Positions 1 through 11,732 of a stretch of 64,000 nt of DNA are shown in pieces. A program made the translations under genes and the position numbers. The DNA is from Psilocybe cubensis (lineage: Eukaryota): NCBI GenBank assembly GCA_017499595.2, contig CM039003.1, positions 434,001 to 498,000 of the forward strand, read 5' to 3'. How positions within the stretch are numbered: the first letter of the stretch is position 1; every line of letters begins with the position of its first letter. A model generated the notes under the pieces. It was not told the DNA's origin and did not search any database. It saw nothing but the letters and a program-made list of their open reading frames with translations.

Positions 1-172
1 TGCTGTCTTGGATGGGCTTCATATTGTTCATAAGGGTTCGGCGTCGTTGTCTGCTGATAGGGCGAGTATCCATCGTTGTAGTGTCCTCGCTGTGCCTCGT
101 CGGCCTGTCGTTCGAATATTAGCTTCGTCATCGTCACCTTGATTATCCACTGACCTCTGGATATCGAGACAT
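1..172 (-). CDS. 5' end of an unidentified gene running off the window (MSRYPE|ADEAQRGHYNDGYSPYQQ...)
   Basis: ATG at 172; 50-nt intron 154-105 with GTCAGT donor, GCTAAT branch and CAG acceptor; frame open to the window edge; Y/Q/P-rich N-terminus is not diagnostic. Confidence 0.5.
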
Positions 173-1906
173 TGTCAAAGTGAATATACGTCTCTTTTTT
201 CCTCTTTTTCTACTGCTGCGGCTTCTGATGTATCTGGCTGTGAATAAGCTGTTCGCTGCCAGTCGCAACGAGCAAGGCTGTGGTCGCTGTCCATGCCGCT
301 GAACACTCTAAAAAGGGTATTCATTACGTAAATTTTGATCGTTCCTGACTGAAAACCTTTAAGTAAAAAAATAAAGGCAATCTAAAGTGCTGAGGAATAG
401 AAGAGAATGTTACGGACAAGGCATGGAGTCCAGAACTTGCTGGATTAAGTGGAGAATATAATACAACTGTCGTGAGTAGAATTGATATCACGATTCACGA
501 GGCACGGAAACTCCTATCCCAGGAGACTTCGAACTGATCATGTTGGAACTTGGTTGGTTGAGATTAAATCAAAAGAGTTACTTAAATCCAATGATAAGAT
601 ACAAGAGAACTACGCGAGAAGTTGAATAGCCTAGAGACATCTACACATGTTCGGCCTTGCGCCTCGAGACATGTCTTCCAAACCAGTACCAAAAACTATT
701 TCCTAAAATAACTCAATCACCCTATGTCTCATTGAGAAACCTTGGTCTTCGTTCCAACCTCGAATCTCTAGGACACCTCGTCTCGCTATTCAATCACTCC
801 ATGGTCTCGTCGAATCATTGGAACATGTTCCCAAGACATGCAGTCATTCGACTCCGCGGTTAAACGATGCTTCCAGATTATCATTGGCTTTGACATGGTA
901 TTTAAGTTGTTTAAATTTATTGATAAAAAACCGCTCACTTAAATAATTCCTTGGGAGAACATTCAACATTGTTAATATCAGTTAATGTATTATCTTTCGA
1001 TGTTCAACGTTCAATGCCGATCATTTTGAATAGTAATGGGCAAACATAGAATCCAAGATGTAATAGTATAAGAAATTACATTATGGTTTCTTACTAAATG
1101 ACCTACGATGCCACGCAGCTTTAAATTGGGAAACGTCAAGATAGAACCACCATGAGAGGGAGGTAATTCTGAACTTGACAGAATTTTTAGGGTAAGGAAC
1201 CTACGGGTCTTGTGATTCACCCGGCTGATTGGAAAGAAAACTCATCCATCCCTTATAAAGTTCAAATAGCGGGAGTTTGAGTTGCCCGCTATCAATTTTG
1301 GAGACGAAAAGTTATGTTTAGCATACCAAATATTGATGTGAAACTCCATTATAGCTAGGAGACGGTGGCGGCTACTATACCGCCATTGCTGTGGTTCTTC
1401 ATTCAGTGTCACATCAATATGCCAGCCACTGGGAGGGAATATTACAACTATACACCTTCTTGTCGCACTTGTTACTCCGGCAGATAGGAGCATAAACTCG
1501 TAGCATCTCCATTCCTAGCTTGAAGAAATGAGTAAATATCACTGAGAGGAATTGCTATATTGGAAACTCATAGCCAGGTTTGCTTTTATTTAAACACATA
1601 ACTGCCTCTAGTGAGCACCGGGAATCTGACTGAGAGACGTATAGACACCACAGAGTGACAGTTCTTGACATCTGCCAGTGGGTGTGATACGACGTTGCTT
1701 GCAGGGAATGAAAATCGCGTCGTTATGTGGCGCCTTTTGTGTGAAGGAAAAATCAGCCTATATACCACCAATAGAAAGTGTCGGTTCAACACATATCATG
1801 TGGGTTTTAAGAGGCTATATACTGATTGAAATACTAACAAATTTAGTATAAAATGTGTCTTCCAGTACACATATCCTACCCAACTTTCAATACCTTTCCC
1901 TACAAT

Positions 1907-2581
1907 ATGGCAGTCAAAGACAAAGAAAACCTTGCCTCCGCCTACGTTCTCAGTTTTCTCGCTGACCATGATCGCGAGGAAGCCGAAAAATTCTTTGAGA
2001 AAGAGGACCTGGATCTTCTTGCCCCAGATCTCCCCGCCATAATAAATTTGGATGCAGCTTCTAAGTCGCTACGTGTCTCTGTGACTCTCCCTGGCGGCGC
2101 TACAAACAACTCAGTCTGGACGTTTGAGCTTCCTGGCAGTCAGTAGGCCTATAATGCAGACCCTTGTTGCTCTTAACTGGAGTCGAACTTCACAGCAATC
2201 TTTCAGAATCTCACAAACGTCCAAGGGACCCTCTACACCAGAATAGATGCTCGCCAACTCCTAGGAGAGAATGAATTTTGGATTCAACAATACCCAAGTG
2301 GCGTCCCTGGACAGATTGGTCGCACGGTCATTGAGTTCTATAACACGAAAATCATTACTGCAATTGTGAGTACACGAAACTGAATACCTACTCGATCAAT
2401 TGCTGCTACTTACTGTACATTGTCAACTCCCTGGAAATGTCTATCGCAAAATTAGTTCAAATGTACGTTTTTTGAACAAGTTATTTCTAAAACCCTTTCT
2501 TACCAAAGGAACATAGCGTCCAACGACAACTTCGGCGCTTCTGGAAGCGGCGTCTGGACTGGTCTTGGACCACGCACGTAA
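1907..2581 (+). CDS. Small beta-rich hypothetical protein, possibly VapA/VapB-like barrel (paralog A)
   Basis: Exons 1907-2138, 2196-2365, 2456-2462 (7 nt) and 2517-2581 splice in frame with GT-AG introns: MAVKDKENLASAYV...NVQGTLYT...FWIQQYP...GRTVIEFY...FKSSNDNFGASGSGVW. Intron positions match the paralog at 4736-5348. Confidence 0.75.
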
Positions 2582-3646
2582 ATGCACGTTATGATCCTGA
2601 GCCATGACGGCTTGAACTGTCTGCAAGTGGCTCAGCCACACCCAATTCTATTGAAGTCATATGGTTTTGTAATATAAAAGGTAAAAAGCCAGAATTTGTA
2701 TCTGAAGTTTGAATACGATTCGAAGCACCAGTTCTTCTCGAATACTTGAAATGAGAAGATTTATTTATTTTATTCATGTGAAGTATTCCGGTGCAACTCC
2801 AGTAAAATAACAGTAACATAAACCAGCCTCTGACAAACTTACTGCTGCTTGGTCTAGGAGAAGAACCCTTTGAATCCCATGATTTGTTAATCAGGGTGCA
2901 AACATATTATTGTTCAATCATGTATTAGGTGATAGAAATAGAAGGGGAAAACGAGGGTACTAATGCTAAACCAAACCAATAAAAAATGCATACATCGGGA
3001 ACAAAAACGGTGTCCTCGTTGGTACAATGAACTAATTGCAGAATTTGTTTAGGGATGTGAGTTGCAGGCTTCAATTTGGAATCGACAGACGCCGTTATGA
3101 ACATTCTAGATGTCAAAATGTATAATGATGAAACCACATGCCATTGGTCACTGGTTTATCTTTAATGATGATTCTAAATGTATACCATTGCTGGGACTTC
3201 ATAGATATTGGAAATAGCCACATGATGATCCTCTATGATTTCTGCTGCGCTATTGCTAGTGAACTTCATTGGATGAGTAAATTTCAAGATACATGAAGTG
3301 AGAGAAAAGGTTCAGAAAAGTTAACCCTGATGGTAGTGCGATATAAGGGTTCAACATTCAACATTCAATCTTCATCCAAATACAAAACTCCATTGAGGAC
3401 TGGATATCTTAGGGCTGACATATTCGGTACCTTACTGAGCAAAACATGGGAACCGAAGGCTACCACATTTGACTTCTGTTTATGAAAGCGTTCGGCTCCA
3501 GTATTAGTACGTATTCAAGAGCGGTGCTTCTGATTAGAGTCTGTACAATGCACCAACGTTTCGGAGTCCGCAGTACTAACGACTATCTTAAGGACTTCTT
3601 GGAAGTTAGTCCTGATAAAGTTGTGGAGTTGTACTATACATATGTG

Positions 3647-4734
3647 TATGGCTGTCCGTTTGCACATTTAATACCAATGTATAAACTTCTTTCCCCATAC
3701 ATATAAATCACAATTTTGCTTGAACCCAACTACACACCTTGGTGTCCCGGTTATAGAGAGATAATTTCCGAGCATAGAAGAAATTATCCCAGTCATTGTT
3801 TTTGCATGCCCTTCAATTGGAATAGGAGCTGCACAGATATGGGTGTGATCCCCATACATATAAAATTTGGTACCATAGTCTGTGACCCTCTCCGCATGTA
3901 CCTCAATTTTTGTCCGAAGATATGGAGTTATCCAGATGAATATTACGCATGCCGTCCTTGCCGTAGAGGCGTGGGAACTCTATTTTTCGCCCCGCTTGCA
4001 GTGGATTGCTACTTGTGAAGACAGTAGGAGGGTCATTACAAGATTATACAATTCACTAGGAGCATAAATTCATACATTAAAATAACATTAGACTACATAT
4101 AGGCTATTCCAATGCAATTTTCTGTCTTCAATCTCAACTTTAGGCCTTTTTAAGCCTTAGAACGGCGACTGGGAGTGGTCAAAGCACTCATATCAGATTA
4201 TGAAGACAAGCTATTTATAAAATCAGCCTACACAGGAGGATATTGACTGCTTGGATAAATGTAAATCTCCTCAATGTTCAATCAGTGTGTCTCGACAGGC
4301 ATACAGGCAATGAACTGCAATTTGTGTGCTCAGTTGCCGAGATTTGCCGATTCTCACGATGTCTAGGCACGCATGGCATAGGCAGAATGCCGAAAAATGA
4401 CTGTATATCTTTGGGATGAAGAAAGGCAAGAACAATCATACGGGGAACCTTCAGATATAAGTAAGGGAGCAAAATATGTATAAATTGGGGTGTTTGCTCT
4501 ATATAAGGGGTTGTGATTTGTATATGTGGGCACCAAAACTATATGTATGGTACTCAAAGTTGTATCTGAGGGTGCAACCTATGAATGTATGGATACTGGA
4601 TTTATATGTTTGGAAACCTTCTCTCTATATCCGGGACACCAGAGTGTGTATATGGAATTATGTAGAATTGAAACTTCTATGTGTGGGACAAAAAGTTTAT
4701 TGATTGGTATTAAATGTGCAAACGGACAGCCATA
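3647..4734. mobile_element. Non-autonomous TIR/foldback element (MITE-like), about 1.09 kb
   Basis: Perfect 32-bp inverted repeat TATGGCTGTCCGTTTGCACATTTAATACCAAT at 3647-3678 and 4703-4734; imperfect inverted similarity continues inward through ~20-bp subrepeats; ends compatible with a TA (or AT) duplication; no long ORF. Confidence 0.85.
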
Positions 4735-4735
4735 A

Positions 4736-5348
4736 GCCATAAGCCACGAGCTTGACGATGCCCACAAGATCTTCGGCGCTGACGAGGTGAAAAACAACTC
4801 CCTCTCCTCCCCTGGCACCATCAACTTGACGGCAAAGAATAAAAGTTTCGATATCAAAGTAACCTTGACAGAGTCTGCAACGGTTACTATCAAGAAGGAA
4901 AATGCTTCTACATGGACAGGAACAAAGGGCGACCGTCAGTATGATTATAATACGCTCCCCTGCGACAGTAAGACTAAATTTGAAGATCTAGCGGATTTTC
5001 AAGATCTGAACAATGTCTCTGGGACGCTTTTCACGGCAACTCACACTCCTGATCTCTCTGGGACGAACATTTTCTGGATCCAGCAGTACCCAGCGCGCAA
5101 AGGGGAAACAGTCGGTCGAACCGTCGTCGAATTCTATACTGACAAGGTCATCACCGGTGTTGTAAGTGTATCTATGCATCTAGAAATACACGTACTCATA
5201 TCGGGGTATCTTGTCTGTATCAAAAAATAGTTCAAAAGTGAGTACCTGGTGTCCTAATTGGTTTCTTCCGCCTTATTAAGTATACTCAGCGGATAACGAC
5301 AACATCGGTGCTTGGGGAGACGGCCAATGGAAAGATATAAATGCCTAA
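4736..5348 (+). pseudogene. Paralog B of the 1907-2581 gene, separated from its 5' part by the TIR element
   Basis: AISHELDDAHKIF...PGTINL...NVSGTLFT...FWIQQYP...GRTVVEFY...FKTDNDNIGAWGDGQW aligns with paralog A; same 57-nt GTCAGT intron (4935-4991) and 7-nt microexon (5231-5237); in-frame TAA at 4733-4735 and no ATG after the element; candidate 5' exon remnant DFLEVSPDKVVELYYTYV at ~3593-3646. Confidence 0.7.
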
Positions 5349-5531
5349 TAACGTGTTGTCCCACCATAATTTCTCCCACTATAGCCATTTCGAAGTGTTT
5401 GTAAAGGATTGATATGATGCAAACTAGAAAAGCGAAAAAAGCGATCAAAATGAATGATGCAGTGTACTATTTCGAATACGATGAAATAAACAGTTGATTG
5501 AATGTGGTGCTATCACTTTCGTTTTCCATCT

Positions 5532-7599
5532 TCAAAGACCGTATATGTTGGTGTTTGCTGGAGCCGCAACCTCCCACTGTAGCGTCAAGCCGATCTTTGC
5601 CAGCGGAGGGACTGAACAAACCCAGCAGAATCTACCTTCCTTGCCCAACGATTCGATGTCCACACTCTCCCCACCTTGCTCCACCTCATCTGCACCATCC
5701 CACATCGCGACAACGCCCGAGGCCACCTTAATGGGGGACGGTAGCTTAAGTTCACCTTTGCTGGTAGCACTTGCAGAGGTACCGTCAGCGACAGGTACAA
5801 CTAAAGCAGGTTGCACCAGCTTGACAGTGATCACCGAGTCTTCGGAAATGGGGACTTGGTCGATGACTTTAATGTTAAGGTTCCCAGACCCGATACCCGA
5901 TGCGCTCGCCTTCGTGTTGTGTACAGTGATACGTTGTGTGAAGGTATGGTTCGACGATTTGGTGTAGAACCCTGATTGTGAAACCTTTTTCGTCCGTGGG
6001 TGGTACGTAACGCGAATCGATGGGTCGAGGCTAAAATTTCATTTATGCTAAGAAAGGGTGCCCATGACAAAAAAAAATTATGCCAACTTACCCTAGAGGG
6101 CATTCAAATTTCTCTTCTGGGCTGACGAGAGGGACATCTGATTTCGATATGAAGCTCCCATCAACATACACGCTTGCACTACCTGCCAGCAGTGTGTACT
6201 CCGAGGCGTTCTTAATCTTTGCCTGTATAAAGATATGTTACATTATCACATACATGTGTAATAATAATACAACCGACCTTTAGATGAACGCGATTATCTT
6301 TCTTGGGAACGCACACCCAACTCATATCCGCATCGAGCGCCAACTTGACAATGGTAACATTGTGTCCAACGTCATCGCTAGGAATTGTGATTAATCCAGG
6401 AACACCAAAAGTAGCGCTCACGCCTCCTTTTGAGGAGACTTGTAATCCGCGGTGTTCAATCTCCGGCACAGGCGCCTCACTATACATACTCATCTGGTCC
6501 GTTGGGGCAGCGCTACCTACAGCCATAGACCGCATCACCATAGGCCTAGGTGGAGGGGGGGCGTCAAGGAATCCACCACCACCACGCATAGCAAACGATT
6601 TTGATTTCTTCGCATAAAACCTTTGCACGGATAAAGTCCACGGTTCAAGAGTGGGAACATCAACACCAAAGGTCGGTGAAGCTGTCTCGAGGGTAAGCGG
6701 CACGTCCACCCAATCTTCCCCGGTATTCTGCACAATGGAAGCTTTATAAATGAGTGTGATAGGTTTCTCCTTTGTTTGCATATCGACCCGAATATCATAG
6801 GCAGCATTCCAACTCGCGCGGTGGACAGCTAATGTTACTGGCATGAGCGATACTGCTCTCTTCACGTCACAAAAAAAACACATGCGCACCGTATATGAGT
6901 GCAATCTTGATTTCTCCTTCAAAATCCGCGAACACGCCTATTGTGGCCTTGAGGTTCAGTTTGTCGTTTCCCGTGGGCCCCGCCAGTCTTTGACGTTCTT
7001 TCTTCAGCTCCTCATCAATCTTCTTCAACTCATCCTCGAGCTCGGTTACACGATCATCCAATTCCCCTGCGGTCGCGTCATACTGCTGGACAACATTTCG
7101 GAGATTCGACACGTCTAAATCCTCGACGCGCACGGACGAAATATATGTTTCGACAGATGACAGTGATTTGAGAGCTCGGGCAAGGGCTTTTTGGGTCTTT
7201 TTTTCCTTGGACAACAGGTCTGTGAGGAGTGGGGAGGTTGTCGGGGTTGGGGGAGGTTTAATAGTGGAAATTGAGACGTCATGTATGGTAGCAGCCCCAC
7301 GTCCTTCCACTCTGTCAGTGAGCAATGATTGGATCAGTAACCCTGTTGTGTCATGAGCTTTCAAATTTGTACCTCAGCGAGTCCTGGTCCAAGACGCTTG
7401 GAAGACCAACAATGTTAAGCTGGTTATGGCCGGTCTTCACATTGAACTTGAAAAGACGCGTAATTTCAGCACGGCCTGCATACACGCTAACGCTGATAAT
7501 CTTGCTGTCTTCAACGGATACAAGGTCTACAGTATTGATGGGCTGAAACGGTGGGGGGTTTGTCTCTGCGTCTGCGGATGTCGAGGGGGTAGAAGGCAT
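5532..7599 (-). CDS. DUF4140/DUF4139 family protein (mucoidy inhibitor MuiA-like)
   Basis: N-terminal KIISVSVYAGRAEITR...IVGLPSVLDQDSLRVEG, coiled coil, ASWNAAYDIR, IVQNTGEDW, TIPSD..HNVTI, C-terminal W.......LQWEV; multi-exon. Confidence 0.9.
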
Positions 7600-8209
7600 T
7601 TCAGTCCCGGTTGTAAGAAGGAGAAGGTCAAGTTGTTTACGTGCCTGGTATGCTTGCCCTTTTATCACCATTGTCATGTTATGCAGGGAGCCGCAATGAA
7701 CCTGAATCATTCCGATTATTAAAGGCTGTGCACTACGTATGTGTCATATGTGAGTCCAACTTTGTCACTCTTAACTGTATGGTTCATGACTTGAGATGAG
7801 CACTTGTAGAAACCGCGTTCAGCAACTATGTGTTGACAACGCGTCGCGCAACTGAGCGCTCCGGTATTCGAGGGTAATGTCGGGTTGATATTTGTGATGC
7901 CGCTCCTTTTCTCCCGGCAGCATTCAGCCGTCTGATGGAACCGATGCCGCGCCTGCCGGCGTCTATTTCGCGCTGATGGGGCGGCATCCTAGGGCTTGGC
8001 TGAAGGCTTACTTTGTTACTAGGCAAAGCCAGTGCTGGAAAAGTGTGTTATAGTATATATAATGACATGATTGGCCTATGGATCTTGTAAAACATGGGGC
8101 GCTCAGCCGCTATCATGTTCAAGTTGGGAAAAGGGTCAAGCAAATTTGTCATTGAAAGCACATTGAGCCAACATATTGAACATATTATTAACAAAATTAG
8201 CAGCTTGAA

Positions 8210-10401
8210 CTAGGTGCTTGAGAGACTCTCGTCACGCATAATTTGAGTGAACATCTGTGCAGCAGCCTCTCCGTAATCCAAATTACCGTACTGTGGTATT
8301 AAATAAATAAAAATGATAATTTGATACCTTCAATAAAGAAACGAACCTTATAGGCGGGTACTTCGTGCCCCGCTCCAAAGATCCGCACATAGGAGAATCT
8401 CCCAGCATTCTTGTATATACCTGTCTCCTCTCCACGAACGGAAAAGGTTTTGAATTTTTGTGTCTTGTAAATCGGGGACCAAATTGTCTTCAGGTCGTCA
8501 ACCTTGGCAATTCTGTATTTCAGTATCCTGTCAAGGGAAAATAGCAATGATGCTCACCATGGCTTCTACGCCGTTAAAATTCAAGATATAGTCCTTTTAG
8601 TAGACGCTCGTCATGTATCATTCTTTGTATTGAAGAGTAATAACTCACTGCGTCTCCGTCATATATAATTGTCCTGACCTGCACAAAATCAAATGAGCAA
8701 CGTCTGGTCCTAATCCTAATATGATAACATACCCCAGAGTTAATGACAAACTCGAGATCGGGACTAGAGTTCCGCATCCAGTCACCTATTAAGTCCATTA
8801 ATTTGCATCGCTTATACAAGCCTCGCGACCATACCAGTTGCAGCAAAGTTGGTGTAGACAAATTCACTGTTCTGAATCCAAGGTACTAGGCCGCCAATAG
8901 TTGGTGCTATGTCATTGATATACTCTTCGAGCGGGGGTGGGTACGAATCAGGCCACAAAGATGGGATATAGTAGGGCTGAGAAAGGAGATGCTTTAGATG
9001 GCGTCGCTTGCAGGATTAAAGAAAACATTACATCAAACACGCCTACTAATGGATACAGGATATTGTCGTTGCAAACATCTTGGGCTGCAGAGCATATTGT
9101 GTTGGTTCCGTTGGGTCCATTGCATGCGATCAACTGTAAATGATATCAGCCACTGTACATACCTGACCACAGCAGCGACTTCGTACCATATCTCGGCAGC
9201 CAGTCCCAGGTTCATTCCACGAATCATTAGCAGCAGCCAGCACCGACTCGTCAACTAGTGGGTAGTGGTATGGGTTGAATGCTGAGTATTGAAGATAGCC
9301 AGGATATTGAACCAGCGGGTTCTTGATTGATGATGCAAAAATTAATCGTCCTGACACAAAGTATGTGACGTCAAAAAACGCGTACCGTAATTCCATCCCC
9401 GATTCCGAGCACTTGTAAATTTAATATCGTCCCCGAAGCCTTGCCAGCCAGGATTTTTTCATTCTGCTTGAGGAAGTGACTGACGTTTGGCCAATCAGAC
9501 GGTTATAGGGGGCATTGCAAAGAAGGAATTAACGTACGCCGCAAATACGGGAGCATAGTGTCCTCCATAGCTACCGAATAAAATCAATAAATCTCAAAAC
9601 AGATAAATTTCAGTGAAAAGCTTACGACTCCGCCCACAAGGCGAGTTTATTCGTTTTTAAATGGGAAAACCTCTTATCTGTCAAGAAGATTTGCAAGAAA
9701 GACCAAACATCAGCAGCTGCTTCTTGTGAGGTGCCAACAGTAGCATCCCCGTATGAAAACCCAGTTCCGATCGGTTGGTCGATATATAGAACATTGGCTT
9801 CGTTGTTCCAGGAAAAGGGATTATGGGCTACGGAAAGGCTGTCATTTGTGATCCGACATGGGCCATGTTCTTGGAAAAGACCGATCATACTGGAGGAACC
9901 GGGCTATTTATGCTCTTTGCTTACGAGGAATGAACAAAGCTAAATTTAAACCACTCACTCCTCCGTTGAACCAAAGTGCGAGGGGCGCATTTTTCGGATT
10001 CTTTCGAGATTCAAAAAACCAGAACCTAAAGCCTTTCCTTACAGTGACGGAAAATATACGATGCAGATGTACTACATACCATATGCTATCTGATGCCGAT
10101 ATGTCACCGTATCCGGATGCCTGATAGACGCCGGGGGTAGTTTCTGCAGATGAACGTCCTGATTTTGCAGTAGGTAAGATGTCAAAAATCACTCACCACA
10201 TATTCCAGAGTTCTCAACGACCCGTAGCTTTCCAGGTGTTGTTACATTAGATATAACTGGAGTACCAGAGGCGATGAACTCTTTAGGTCTCTGTGCAGCA
10301 GAGATACCTCGCTGAAAATCCCCAAATCCGGGAATTTGACCACCAAATGCACTGCCTATTGACAATAACGCACTAAGAGACGTAAATGCGATATTATGCA
10401 T
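8210..10401 (-). CDS. Secreted serine carboxypeptidase, peptidase S10 (copy 1)
   Basis: Signal peptide, [32 protein letters not shown], catalytic WAES|YGGHY, DGDA|DYILN, GAGHEVP; many short introns. Confidence 0.93.
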
Positions 10402-11132
10402 TGAAAGCACGAGGGCGTACTTCACATATTTACAAGGCTTTTATGCTTATATCTGAAGTGCTATTTTTATCTTAATTCATCTCTGACTCATAGCTACGTA
10501 AAGCAACGATACGCGAAAGGTTACAGTGTCGCAGCATGTAGAAACCATGTGGTATTCCAACAGGGAAGGCGGTAAGTGGGATTTATTTGACAGTTCTACC
10601 TAAACAAAATCCGAACTTTGTTCTTTGGATTCCGGCCTGCCTCACACTGGTTCAGGAGCAACACCTTCCTACAAACTTGAAATGATGTTGCAAAACGGAT
10701 GTTAGATGAAAAAGTTTGAGATCACCTGGTTTGTGCTGCTGCATAAGTAGTTCTATTTATTATTTTAAACTGATTAAGCGGTACTTGATCTCAACAACCG
10801 CGACATCAGTCAAAATCTAAGTGTTACTCAGTAATCACAGGTGATCATGTACACATCATAAATAATAACTTGTACTTGCACAAAATCTGATGATTCTAAG
10901 GCATCCATAATAACGTAAGATTGAGTTCTGTTCCGAGTATGGAAGATGGAGGACGAATTTAGTTGTTTAGATGTTTCAGCAGTTTCAGCAGAGGGGGGAC
11001 CCAGAAAGCATCCATATACGGAAGAAAATTTTTTAAAAATGGTAGAAGTGTAGCGGACCAAGGGTGCAAGGCATACAAGTTATTTACTTTACTACAGCTC
11101 AGGACTTCACTCAGGAGGTAAACGAAATTTTC

Positions 11133-11426
11133 TCAGACCAGCATATCCATGCGGACAGAAACGTCATAGACAAGAGATATCGATGTCCATAGTCGAGGAG
11201 AGGCCCAAGCAATTTGTCGCCATTCTTTACAGACAGCTCCCAACACAAACACCAACGGCGTACAAATCTCCGCTCTTTTCATCTGCTTTCGTTCTTCCAA
11301 AGTGCACCATCCTTTCGCGAGTGCCAACTCAAAGATTTGAGATGATAGTTCTAGTGGCAGACGACGGATGAATGGTTCATGGGAGCTGTTTATTTCAGCG
11401 TGGAGAAGAGCTCGCCGTTCCTGCAA
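11133..11426 (-). pseudogene. Truncated F-box fragment, partial duplicate of the adjacent F-box gene
   Basis: EINSSHEPFIRRLPLELSSQIF...LGAVCKEWRQIAWASPRLWT matches DINSNHEPFIHRLPPEISTNIL...LGAVCKTWRRLAWSSPRLWT of the neighbour, then stops; no ATG seen in this frame's start. Confidence 0.75.
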
Positions 11427-11732
11427 TACGTCAAGTTCCTCCTTAACCGGTGGTCCATGACCTACATCGTGGTAAGAGATGGTTATGCAATATCATTGAG
11501 TTCGTAACTTACGGTTTATAATAGTCGCCAAATTTCTACTTCTAGTATTAAAAGACTACCTAGCGGTGGAGAATGATGCAGATGCATATGGGGGATACTG
11601 GTGGCACACAACAAAAAGATTTCAATGGGGAGCTCAGAACTGGTATCTAAGGTTAGGGTTTACGCTTACATTTTTCGTTTTCAAGATGAACATTTCGAGT
11701 CACAGTAATATGCATGCCTCTGACCAGTTCAG

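Noticed and set aside
3880-4460. Possible transposase remnant in the middle of the MITE-like element
   Set aside because: Only short Cys-containing fragments with stops; no DDE or other diagnostic motif.
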